Assembly (NCBI GenBank): GCA_050084515.1
Contig: CM114271.1
Coordinates: 23,870,001-23,934,000, forward strand
Length of the DNA stretch: 64,000 bases
Source of the DNA: Blasia pusilla
Taxonomy: Eukaryota
Direction of reading: 5' to 3'
The notes below the pieces were generated by a model. It worked only from the letters and a program-made list of their open reading frames with translations, ran no database searches and was not told the origin of the DNA. Shown here piece after piece: positions 1 through 11,899 of this stretch; within the stretch, counting starts at the first letter, position 1, and every line of letters starts with the position of its first letter. The translations under genes and the position numbers were made by a program.

Positions 1-2791
1 TTATTATTACCAAGAAACATGGGGAAGGCTGTTTCACTAGAAACTTGTGCTTCTTCACAATAGCCTCTATCCGTACCCGTATCATCTAGATCTCATTTCA
101 TACATGTGCCCTAAGAAATTCCGTTCCTTACGCACGTCATCATTCCTCTCCTCCGGTCTACAAATCCCAAAAGCGGTGGGCGGATCCACAAACCCGCTTT
201 TGGGATTTGTAGATCCGTCCCTCTGGAAGTTTGTCGGAGGCACATTGCTATCAAATGCATCGGATTCACCCTCGACAACTCGCCATATAATCGTACCGTT
301 CATCGACTGCCGGCGCTGCCCCATTCCTTGCACTGTCATTCCCCATAGATCCACGGTGTAGTGTAGCCTTCACGCTCCTGAAGATTCCCGCTAATCAATG
401 CTTTCGTGAACTCTCATCCCGTCCCAACTTCCAACTCCGCCGCTGCTGAGGGTTCCCGGAAGGTTGTTGGGGCATCTTCATGGTTCTATTTTTGTAGGGC
501 TTTGGATACTTGAGGGACTCTTTGAGTCCCTCTTTGGTTTTTCTGATGTATTTTCATGCAGATTTTTTATGCTTGAACTTTCAACTCATGGAATTCACTT
601 AGGTTCACAGTTGAGTCTTCATCAAATAGTGTTTTTACTCGGTGGTAGGAAATTTCATGTCATGGGGTTTCGTGGCTCAAAATTTTAATACAATTAGAAG
701 TCTTACAATTTCTTACACCCAACTTAAAATATTTTCCCATGTCATTTTAAATCCCCTCACCTTCTCGTCGTGCTACCCCACTCCCATCACTTCGAATCAG
801 GAAGGGAGAATTAGTCCGTAAATTCTTACTAAAATCAATGTCGAGAATTAGGGGTTCATACCTAACATGGAACTCTTTGCATAGCATGGGTAACCTTCCT
901 AGGCAACCGAAAAAACCCATCTCGCCACTTTATTCTAAGAAGATGAAAAAGAATTCAAGGTTTGGATAAAAAAAACCGAAGAGCCGAACAAGATAAAATA
1001 AGTAATAAACCACACAATTTATTCCTTTGTTCTTCTAAGAAAATTTTCTTCCTATTCTTTTAATATCCACCGGTCATTCCACAATCTTGTAGCCCTAAAC
1101 GCCCCGTTAGATTTGAATACCCATGCCACCGCCTCGAACATTATGGGTTCAAGGGATCATTTGAAAATCACTCCTCTATAATAGATAATAGTATAGATTT
1201 CTGACTGAAGCAATACATCGAACCCATTATATATTTCCCTTCCTTTTAAATACTACTTTTGAATTTTATAATAACAAAGTTCCCTTTCGAGAGATGCCCC
1301 CATCCAGTTCTTTGAAGGATGATGAAAGTCTTGGCATAAATCTACACTCCATATGTATTCTTCCTACTGCCACAATACACAAGATATGTCTCCCTACACT
1401 AACATGGCAGTTGGCACACAATCTATGCCTATTTTAACGCTAAGAAAATGCAATTATAAAAGAATGCCTCGTTGATTAGGTTGTATTGGTGAGGTGGAGA
1501 GTGAACGGCACCATAAGGGACGATAGCTTGTGGATTTATAAACGTACGACAATTGGAAAAAAGTGATGAACCTCAATTAAAACGCATGATGGAAAGAGAT
1601 TTAGGGTCGTCAAAGAATCAAGTATCCTAAGGCTGGCCTGAAAAAAAAGAAAAAGTGGGCACTCCCCCTATCGACTAAACTCACCTACAGCATAGACCAT
1701 TTTTCTTTTTGAAATTTTTGAAATTTTTCGGAACATGATTATTTGTCCCACGTTATAGAAGGGCTCCACCCATTTCGTGTGACGCTTCCAAACCCCATAA
1801 TCTTAAGCGCTCTTACACATAACCGAAACACCTCGTAGCACTTTCACACGAATCATGTGATCAGTTCCAACTATGAATCTTAAAATGAAATCTAAGGTGC
1901 ATGTCAGAAACATCAACACCTCCATCAACATGCCAAGGCCAATGCCACAAGTGGCCTACGTGCTCGTATATGTAGTTTTCCTTTTCGCAAATAAAAAACA
2001 AACAAAGAAATTCCCTTAAAAATTCTCCGCGTGGACGATAAAAACAAGTAGTCTCTTACCTCACGGAGAAGGACAAGAAATAAAACTTAGTCGCCATTCT
2101 TGACAAGTACACAACTACCACCCTCCTACGACTGCATCACCTACGACCAGGTCTTCCCACTAAACGACAAGAAATATGATTCCGTTCATCTTGCCGTTCG
2201 AGCTGGGACTCTGGGAGCTGCGAGGTCCACAAAATCCGGAGCTTTCCAGGCTGGCAAATAGAGTGCGCAGTTGCCCAGTTGGCGCTAAAGATGCCAAACC
2301 AAATTAGTGGAGTTTTCGTGGAGGAGGAGGAGGAAGCACTTAGGGTTACCCAAGTTTAGATCAACGCTTTAACATGGTTAGTTTACAATTCAATGCCCGT
2401 AGGGTATTGGCATTCTACTTCTAATATGAGAAGCCCTTTAAGATCATTCCTTCACACCGTTGCATAAGACAAGCACATGCATGGGTAAAAATTTCATGAA
2501 TCATTTAGAGATGATAATATGTAATTCAGATATGGTTCTTATTCAAATTTGGCATGTTTCTTTATGAGCTGCTTGCCTTAATAATACAAGTGAGGAAAAA
2601 GAAAGCGTGAATGAAGGGGTGTTGGGGGAACCCATTGAAAGTCCAAAAGAAGGGGGACTCAAGGAGTCAAAAACGCCAAGGCCACACCCGGCCAGGATGA
2701 AAGAAAAACGGGGGCACCCTCCCTAGCTACCAACTAAACTCACCAACAACAGAGACAATTGTCAACTATGCCTAAAGAAACATGACTACCG

Positions 2792-4976
2792 CTAATAAGG
2801 CCTAGCCTCTAGCAATAAGAGGGCGTCTCCCACAGCTTGAGCCCCCCTCAAAATCCCATTGGCGAGGGCATGTTGCAAAGCTATGGAAACCCGTTGCCTA
2901 CAATAAAGAATCGCAATAACTAAAGATAACAGATTTTTCAACTGGAGATGATGATTGCAATTTGCAAGGAACGAGTCAAACGTCTCTTGTGCAGCCCCAT
3001 ACATCACTATGGCTAGAGGGACGAATCGATGTCTATCATAAAGTTGACTATAGAGATGGATCTTTGTCACTGTTGCCACTACTTGTAGCAATCTCCTTTA
3101 TGCCACCACATCAACTCACACAAATTCATACATAGGATCCGTCACTAGGACTCACTACAACAATAGCTACCACTACTTGAGCCTCTCGCGTAGGATCTAT
3201 CACTATAACATCAACCACAACTACCTCAGCCTCCTACGTCATACAAAGACAAAACGAATAAGGGAATCCCACCTTGAGTAATGGTGTTGTCTTTGCACAT
3301 GGAAGCCACTCTCGTGAGCAATATAGAACATGATATCCCGTGCAACATTGTGAGTGGCAATGCTCTCATCCCCAATTGTACAATTGTACAATTGGGGATG
3401 AGAGCATTTGGCGCCAAATGCTCACTAGGAGGATCCAAACTCCGATAACACTCATAATGTGTTTAACAATCACCAATGGTTGGGGGAGGCCTAGTTGGAA
3501 GTGCATCACTATGGTGTAGGTAAGCGGTATGATACACAAAGGTGAGATAAGGGGGTCATCCCCCATTCATGAGCCTAACCTCTTCTCGGAGCAAGAGCAA
3601 ATATAGGCTCGAACCTCCGTAGGAATATCCCCATTTGACAAAGTGACTCTAAAAATTGCCTCAAAGTAGGCTTCCATCAAAGAAGATTGGAGCCCAGACT
3701 GAGCGAAGGTAAATAAGGAGGAGAAAGTGGAGAGAGTGGCTCTAGCCTAAACTCTAAGGGAATATCTTCACGCTTTGAGGCCAAATTGTAGTGGGAAATT
3801 CATCAACCTAAGATACATATTGTAGGAGAACTGGTCTATCCCTAACCAAGAAAATAGAGCAAAGGAGGGGTGCTCTAGTGGTCCAACTCCTATAAAGGCT
3901 CAATGCACCACTAACTCAATTGAGAGAAGACCTACCCCGCCAAAGGCAATCCGCCAAGAAGCCCATTTTTGAGCTAACTCCCCCATGGGGCACTCTAAAG
4001 AGTTGGATCCTAATAAATCCTCAAACACCTATAGGATCTTCCTATCGAACGATCTAAAGAAAGTAGAAAGGTGATTAGACATCCATACAATTCTAGTAAG
4101 ATAACAAGGGCATCCACAAGCAACTTAAGGACCACCAATCTTTATGAGATCATCGACGTGGAGCATATCCTTGTTAAGAGCCGCCACCATGAAACTCGAG
4201 TCAAAGTCTTGGTTCCTGAGTGGGACTCCAAAGACGCAAAGGCCTCTGATATGTGTCATGAATCCACCATGTAAATAAAGAAAATGGGGTAGGCCTAATA
4301 GAGACCATGCTAGGCCAACATGTACGAAATGTGTAGTAAAGTGTTGGAAAGCAGGGACGAGTGCATCTCTAAAGCCAAAAATATCAGTATTATCTACGGG
4401 CAAGGGGAAAATGCAATTTGGGATAGCCATAGAGAGAATCAGTCGATAATGAGCCAAAGCAAAAAAAATGCACCACCTAGGGGATCACCTTGACAAGTGC
4501 CAATGGTGCACTTCAAAATCGTTACGTCCTCCTCAACCATGGTGGAAATAGAGGGCCAAAGGGGCTCCATAGAAAGCATGTATGAAGAGAATGACACTCG
4601 CAATAGGATCACCTGTGTCCCTCAACGTTGTGAAGATAGTTGCTCTTGACAATGAGTTGAAGGCGCTTGCCATATGTTCTTGGAGAATCCACCACTCAAG
4701 ATATACATCAAGATAAATCCTCAAACCTAAGATGAATGTCCCACACCTGGCTAGTGTGGAAACTCCAAATTAATGCACGCAGATGTGACTAGAAAGCGTC
4801 ATGGAATCGCAAAGCAATACTATGACTCACCAATCTCAAGAACACCTTACTATGGCTATTGGGAAAATCCCTCATAGAATCACTAACCACTTTTTGGTAG
4901 ATATTCTCATAGGAGACCAAATGTAAGAATAGGAGTAGAGCGTTGGGGATAGCAAAGGTGCCAAAGAATGGAAAGA
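2792..4976 (-). pseudogene. Decayed non-LTR retrotransposon (RT + Zn finger + restriction-like endonuclease; CRE/NeSL/R4-like) fragment
   Basis: Minus-strand fragments resemble RT motifs (ILQEHMASAFNSLSR; GDPLGG..FALAHY..IFPLPVDNTDIFG, a degenerate xADD motif). They are followed by a GDESIATHNVARD Zn-finger remnant and an RLE-type C-terminus (FVPLAIVMYG...RQRVSIALQHALANGIL). Many stops and frameshifts. Confidence 0.65.
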
Positions 4977-4980
4977 GACT

Positions 4981-5105
4981 TGTCGTGCGCATACACATCG
5001 CTACACAACATACATCGCTGTCATCGAACACACACACGATCCCATGCTAACTCATGGCATCCAAACAATGAGACAAGAAGTACTAAAATATCTCGAATCG
5101 CCCCC
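4981..5105 (-). repeat. Copy A terminal repeat B2 (~125 bp, 3' end, ends CA)
   Basis: Near-identical to 5586-5718 (tgtcgtgcgcatacacatcgctacacaacatacat...aatcgccccc on +). Confidence 0.9.
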
Positions 5106-5112
5106 AACCCTA

Positions 5113-5583
5113 AAGTAAGATCCAATCTCTCTCTACACCATCTCACACCATAACTCTCAAAGGTGTGCACTCTCTCTCATGTCAAACCAAACCCACTCTC
5201 CTAATGAGAGGCTTGGGTTACACTCACAAGGCAAGGGACCATAGCTCCGCCGCTTCATGCCAAGAGGTTCAACAAAGAGAGAATGAGCTCTCAAACTCTC
5301 TCTCCTTGAGGTATACCCCTCCCCTCTCCCAAGCTCTCTCAATGATAACCTATTCTCCCAAGTCACCTCCTTGGCCCTTGACCTGATGTAGGAGGTCAAC
5401 GGACACTTACCTAAAATAGTAAGTTCCTCAATATCGCTCCAAATGAGCCGAAACGAAGGGGAAACCTGCTCTCCCACGTTTCCGGGGGCCTCAGCAGGTC
5501 ATCCTCGACCTACTAAGCGTGTCCTCCACTACTCACGAAGGCGCTCTACTAGATCTCACCAATCTATCCTAAAAGACGTGACA
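5113..5583 (-). repeat. Copy A repeat A2 (~470 bp)
   Basis: Direct repeat of 13731-14239, lacking a ~40-bp internal segment. Confidence 0.9.
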
Positions 5584-5585
5584 GT

Positions 5586-5718
5586 TATTGTGCGCATACA
5601 CATCGCTACACAACATACATGGTTGTCACCGAACACACACACAAACAAGCACGATCCCATGCTAACTCATGGCATCCAAACAACGAGACAAGAAGTACTA
5701 AAAACTCCAATCGCCCCC
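5586..5718 (-). repeat. Copy A repeat B1
   Basis: Copy of B2, separated from the start of A2 by a 2-nt spacer (AC on the element strand). Confidence 0.9.
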
Positions 5719-5897
5719 CTAGCTGGTGGTTAGGTCCCTCTAACTCCAAATAGCCATCTATCCCTACTTACCATGATATACATCTCTCGGACGCTAAGAG
5801 CAAGAAGATCGGGTGCTCATGTGGCCCCATCGTTAGTCGCCTTCCTGTCATCCATGTCACAGAAAAAGTCGGAATCAAAACCTACCTAGTATCTCCT

Positions 5898-6038
5898 CTA
5901 TGTACATCTGGGACACATCCATCGTCCCCGAGGAATCCTAGTGAGAGGTGGCGTCAGACATGCCATATGCCAACCTCTCGAACATCCATCACAGACTAGC
6001 ATCGTGGCCGCACCACGGAAAAAACCACACAATATACA
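5898..6038 (-). pseudogene. PHD finger (C4HC3) at the C-terminus of the copy A polyprotein
   Basis: CILCG...MLVCDGCSRGWHMACLTPPLTRIPRGRWMCPRC, in frame with the integrase tail (ORF 5898-6386). Confidence 0.92.
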
Positions 6039-7150
6039 AAGCAAGCTTGTAGGAACTACTGCTAAGCTCGGATCTACTGTACCATCAATGTTAGGAAGGT
6101 GACATGGCGCACAATTACGCATATGGTCCTTCCATACCATACCATCGCATCCCTCTAGTAAGAGAACACCGGATGGCAAAACGTCACGCACTCTCAGGAT
6201 AGTGCGCCCTGCAGTCACATCCAACGTCATCGGTGCCGTCTGCTGCAAGTAGACATAATCTCCGTGATGAAAACTCCAGATAGTTGGTCGATAACCACCA
6301 CCCCGAATAGTCGCATACCTCAACATATCCCGATGCTGCGCAATCGCCAAGTTCTTGAACGCCATGGGCATCACTCTCCAAATCAACTCAGCCCTCTAAG
6401 ACCATGCTCGCATCCATACATCTAGGTCATCAAGGTCCAGCACCTCACCAGCATCTCGACGAATGGCGGCAGGTAAATCTGGCTCTCGGCCATAAAGTAG
6501 CAAGTATGGTGAAAAAGACGCTAAGGATGCCTGCATGCTGAATCTGTATCCCATCGCCAACCAGGGGAACTCGACGCCCCAATCTCCTAGGTGACCTCTC
6601 TGCAAGCCATACTTGGGTAAATCCCTCGTCACCATCTGCACAACTCTCTCCGCTAATCCATCCGCCTCGAAATGATCTCGCGAAGTCGTGCGATGGTCAA
6701 TTAGCACCTGATCACACAAGGCCTGGAACTCATCGCAAAACTCGATACCCTGGTCTGTCAACACCTCATCTGGTGCGCCATAATGACTCAACACTCTGTC
6801 AAGGAAGGCATAAGCTACTCCCTTACTCGCTTTGTCAGGCAATGCAACCAACTCGATCCACTTTGAGAAGTGTTCAACCATCACCAACACATAACGACTG
6901 TGACGTTCCGTCAAAGGCAAAGGTCTTGCAAAATCCCAACTCCATCTATACCCTAAGCCCATGATCGGTAATGGATGCAAGTGTGGAGTTAGAGCATTGA
7001 AAATGCTCGGACCCGATCATACACTATGCACCTGGCAACAAACTGCTAAACGTCAGTCTGCATGCCTCGCCACCAATACTGAATCTCGAGCAAGTTGTAC
7101 GTCCACTTCACCCCAAAGTGACCCAACTTCTCATGGGCATGCTGCACTAG
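6039..7150 (-). pseudogene. Copy A DDE integrase (HHCC zinc motif + rve core)
   Basis: HAHEKLGHFG; WSWDFARPLP...VEHFSKWIE...VLTDQG...ADGLAERVVQ. Frameshifted. Confidence 0.92.
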
Positions 7151-7559
7151 TCGTCCTCTCTGCAAAGGATGCAGCACTACGCGTACCCTGCCATCCTCCC
7201 AAACCCTCAAAACATGTGTCCCCTCCCAATGGAACTGTCTGGCGGGTTGTAGGATCCGATCCCGCTCTCTAGCACCCACGGTGCTCGCAATGCTGCCAGT
7301 TCGAAGGTACTCCAAGACTACTCCATCATCATGAATATCTCGGCCATCTATCATCTCCTCACTGGCCTCACGATCCAAGGACTCTCCACTAGACCTTGTT
7401 ATCGAAGTCTCCACACTCTGGCTCTCCATAGCCAACATGCCTAAATAGGCTGACGCATGCCATCCTGGCACTGACTCCTCATCACTCTCTCCATGCCATC
7501 AAGCTCCAGTCACATCTCGCTGACTCAGGCATGGGTTAGGACTCAACCCATCTGCATCT

Positions 7560-8930
7560 TGGTTGAGCATCCTAGGTCTATGTACCACCTGAAAAATCAT
7601 ACTCCTGCAACAACAGAGCCCATCTCACAAGCTTCCCTGTAAGCTTGTTGGACTCCATCAACCACTTCAGTGGTTGATAATCACTGATGATGGTAAAGGG
7701 GTTGTCGAATAAGTAGCACCTGAAAAGCGCGACAGCCCACACCACAGCCAAGCACTCACCCTCATACGAGTTGTACTTTGCCTCTGCAACGTTGTTTGAG
7801 CGACTAGCGTAAGCCACCACGAACTCTCTACCCTCATCATCATGCTAGGTGAGCACCGCTCCAAGCCCCAACATGCTCCAATCTGTGTGCAATTGGAAAG
7901 GACGCCCCGTGATCGGTCTCCTCAAGATGAGCGCGGATGTCAACTTACCCTTGAGCAACTGAAATGCTTGCTCGTGCTTATCCCCCCAATGCCACCCGTA
8001 ATCCACCTTGGTTAGCAAGGTCAGCGGCTTTGCAATCGAACTCAATCCCTTAACGTACCGCCGATAGAATTTCGCCAATCCTATGAATGCGCGAACACGA
8101 CTCACATCTGTGGGGCGTGGAATGCGTGAGATATCCTTTACCTTTGTCTGCTGAACACCAAGACCCCCTAGGTATATCGTATGACCCAAGTTCTCAATCT
8201 GGTCGTAGAAGAACTTGCACTTGCCTAGATGTAGGTTCAGCCCATGTAATTGCAATCGTCGAAACACCTCCTCTAGATCTCGCTCATGCTCCTCAACCAT
8301 GGCGCTAAAGATTACGATGTCATCAATATAACGCCTAGCAAAATCCAGACCAGCCAAGATCCTATCCATGACCCTCTGAAACTCAGCCGGGGCGTTCTTT
8401 AACCCAAATGGTAAGAACCGCCACTGGTACAAACAATCCTTCCGGTGAGGATCGATGCCCCAAAATGCCGTCTTCTCCCTGTCCTCCAATCTGATAGGCA
8501 ATTGATGGTATCCGGCTCGCAAATCCAATGAACTGAAGATCTTTGCGTGACCAATCGCATCAAAGATCTCCTCAGGGGTGGGCATGGCATACCTATCGGA
8601 CTTTGTCTGCCGATTGATAGGTCGGTAATCCCCACACATCCGCCTATCCGACCAGTTGCCATGCACATCCTTCTTGGCGGGCATGACAGTGCGGATGGAT
8701 ACTCCCCGTACGATATCTCCACTAGTCCTGCTCCGACCAAGGTTCTGGCTCCTACTCTGAATCAGAACCCTCTCCATATCATTGTAACTGTAGGGTCGTC
8801 AGAAGATCGGCGTATCACTCGACAATTCAATGCGGATCATGAGTCCCTTCAGCGTACCCAAATCCTCCATGCTAAATGCAAAGCAGCTCCTATAACTCCT
8901 AAGTAACTGATGTATTCGGCACCGCTCTCC
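7560..8930 (-). pseudogene. Copy A reverse transcriptase + RNase H (Ty3/Gypsy type)
   Basis: RMCGDYRPIN, SLDLRAGYHQ, LPFGLKNAP, YIDD, FQLHTDWS, VVAYASR, YEGECLA, WALLLQEYDF. Confidence 0.95.
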
Positions 8931-9299
8931 TCCTGTCAACTTAGGGCCCATATCTGGCTCCCAAGTCTCTATCGTGACTACGGTAGGACTCTCCGGCGCG
9001 GATATCGGTGGTTGCTATGGTGCAACCCTATCTTGAACAACAACACTCGACCGCTCTCCTACACCTAACTGCAAACTGTGATCTCCTCCACATGCAGTGC
9101 CCAAAACCACGCTCGATGCTGTGGCTATCATCTCCTCGCGTACATGCAAAACATCCCAAGAAGTCCAAGGGTGTCTCTCTCAATCTCCCCTCGTGTGTCG
9201 ATCTCCTCAGGTCTCGCCCCCGGCCACTGCCTCCACCGTCTCGGTAGGCATGGGGCTCACAAACGCAACCATTGTGATGTGTCGCGATCTCATCCGACG

Positions 9300-10265
9300 C
9301 TACTCAGCCACTCCCAAGTTGAAGATCCATATCAAGCAGTTCACGTCCATCGCCTGACCCAAGACATGGCGTCGTGATGCCTATGATACTGACGGGACTG
9401 CCGTCACTCCTAGGGGAAATCCCATCGCCCGCTCTCTCTTGTTGGCATTGGGCTCCACCAACCTCTGAACCTGGTCATCCCAAACCAAGCCACGACCGGC
9501 CTCCTTGTATGCATGGGAAGCAAGAAAGCTCACAAACGTGGGAAAGGCTGCCCGCGGCCTGCCTACCCTGTTAACCACAGTCAGCGGTGGTCGATCATCG
9601 TGCCTCACTGCTTGTGATCGACGACCTGGATCTAGAATGGAATCCACTAACAAATGGGAGGGGCGCTCCACTTTTGCATACGCCCTCCGTAACACCGCAT
9701 GGGGCACCAAGTTGGTCCACCATAGAGGCGGACGATGGGCTCTAGAACCTACACTCGCCGCATCCAAGAACACTGTTGGGCTGATCCAAGCACGCACCTG
9801 ATAAGCACTTGTCACCACCCGTGACTGGAGTCTCCTAAGATGGGCACATTCTCCAGAATGTAGACTGGAGAACGAGATTGGTGCTCTTGCAACTTCCGTA
9901 AGACCCTCAACATCTCCCAAAACAACCTGGACCAAGTGTCACCCAATCCGCTGCCTCGTCCAACACTCAATTGGCCCTGACATGGCCAACCGGCAATGAC
10001 CAAATCAATGGTCCCTACACGCTCTAAGTCTTGCGCCCCCAACAACGAAATATCCCTCGATAGGGAACTCTGGTACCCCTGTACTCCGGACGCAGATAAT
10101 AAGTCGGTAAAACATAGGCGTTACTGCACCACATGTCGTAGTGAGACGCGCCTTGCAACATCATCACTCTCCACATACTGGTACTGCTGTACTCGCGCTC
10201 TTGCCTGCAAAACAACAACTAACCCGCTACTAATCCCTCCAAAGAGATCTAACACTCAAATATCC
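9300..10265 (-). pseudogene. Copy A DNMT3-like C5 cytosine methyltransferase domain
   Basis: Motif I VLDLFGG, IV IDLVIAGWPCQG, VI YILENV, VIII region LDAASVGSRAHRPPLWWTNL, IX ERAMGFP, X LGQAMD. Frameshifted. Confidence 0.9.
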
Positions 10266-10679
10266 TCCTCCGGGGTACACCACATAATGGATGTGGTATC
10301 CAAGGGTGTCACCGTGGCACTCCTGCTACCTTGGGTTCCTCAGACCCGTCATGCTCTGGTGCAAACACCTCGCTCCACACGGTTTGCACGTGCTCATCTG
10401 CCAATGGTCGGAGCTCCTCAGTCGAGCCCCACAAGGGCACCTCTCCTCCACAGAATGATGCGACAACCATAACACTCCTCTCCGTATAAATGTTAGGAAC
10501 GGGAGTATCCTCTGCATTGACATGTCCCTCAATCAAATCACTAGGACAAGTGATGGCACTGCTAAATGTTGCCAAGGTCGCCATCTCTCTTGGCCGTTGC
10601 TCGATCACTGCACATGTGAATCGAACGGGTAATGAGCTAAGTCGCCCATCACCTGACTGCCATCCTGGTCTGTAGGAAG

Positions 10680-11000
10680 TTGACTCTTCCCAGTAATCCA
10701 GGGAAAACCCCATCGGGTATAACACTGCTCCACCAACCAAGATGTCGTAGGACTCTACATTAGTCACTATCGCCTTCGCTCGCACCACGGACTCATCTGT
10801 AGGATGTCCCGAGCGAATCCTCACCACCACCTCCTCTCGGGTGATATACTGTGTGGTACTCGCTCCACCCAAGGATGTATATATCCGGAATGGACTACAC
10901 TCCATATCGGCTCTCGTCAAGCCCAATCCTCTGAATGACGCTTTCCCCAACATCAGGGGTTGCGCTCCTGAATCCAACAAGACGCGCTGCAGACTAAAAG
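10680..11000 (-). pseudogene. Copy A aspartic protease
   Basis: VLLDSGAQPLMLG ... YDILVGGAVL in ORF 10309-11019. Confidence 0.85.
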
Positions 11001-11899
11001 CTCTACCTCCGGGACTCACCTACTGGAAGACCTCTCCTCGGTTATCTAGCAACACAACACCAAGAGAAGCCATGGCACGCTCTCGGGTCTAGCGGGCATC
11101 TCCGCCATCCTAGCAGCCGCAGCGTGCCATGAATCTAACGTGGACGGTCCGAGCATCCGCTCCAAGGGCAGGTCCATCACCTCCTCTGCAATCACCTCTG
11201 AACGTGATGCAAGAACTCCAACTCCACGCTCACATAGCGTAGCGGCCAGCTGAAAAGCCTCGGCGGGCATACCCCCCAACGTCATAACATCGAAGCAAAA
11301 ATAAAGGAGCGCAGTACACAATGGTGGCCCCTCCCAACAACGTGCTCGACACATGCCCCTCTTGAGCATCAACAATAGGAGTCATCGCACTTGCTTCTCC
11401 CATCGCCCTCCATGCCTGCACACCAACTACATCACCAACTCTCTAGGAACTCTGATCAGGACCCATCGATGGGGTCCTCATTGCCTCGAACAACGTGAAA
11501 GATTGAGGAAGCCTAGTCTGTTTCCTGGCTTCCCCTCGCTATGGATCCAACTGTTTGGCTGCTCCACGCGTCACAACTACGGCTGCCTCCATCTGCGCAA
11601 CCCCGAACATCCAACCAGGATCCTCCATATCTCTAGCTCCTCCATATGATGTCGATGCCATGGATCCGGCATCGGGTAATCTCAATGCCATAGCGGCAAT
11701 TTGCTCCTGTAGCTGATGTATCTGAGCAACCATCCTAGCCTCACGTTCGGCATCTCCCTCAACGCATCTAGGTGGTTGGACTCTACCTCCTCCACGAGCA
11801 GCTCCACCACCCTGTCGGGCATCTCCAGCTCCTCGTCCCCCAACAGGACCACTTGGTGCACGATCTCTAGGCCCACCCTGACCGGCTACTCGCTCTGGT

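Noticed and set aside
1-2790. Possible 5' part of another minus-strand retroelement (ORF 82-354, PBS-like sequence near 2270-2287)
   Set aside because: No diagnostic domain or paired LTR within the window.
5157-5477. Recurrent short ORFs (TWENRLPWRELG / HSLSCQTKPTLL) seen many times
   Set aside because: They recur only because they lie in repeat A; there is no recognisable domain or proper start.
9300-10265. Host DNMT3/DRM gene or bacterial restriction-modification methyltransferase
   Set aside because: It is intronless, embedded at the same pol position in four copies, lacks host accessory domains and has no partner nuclease.
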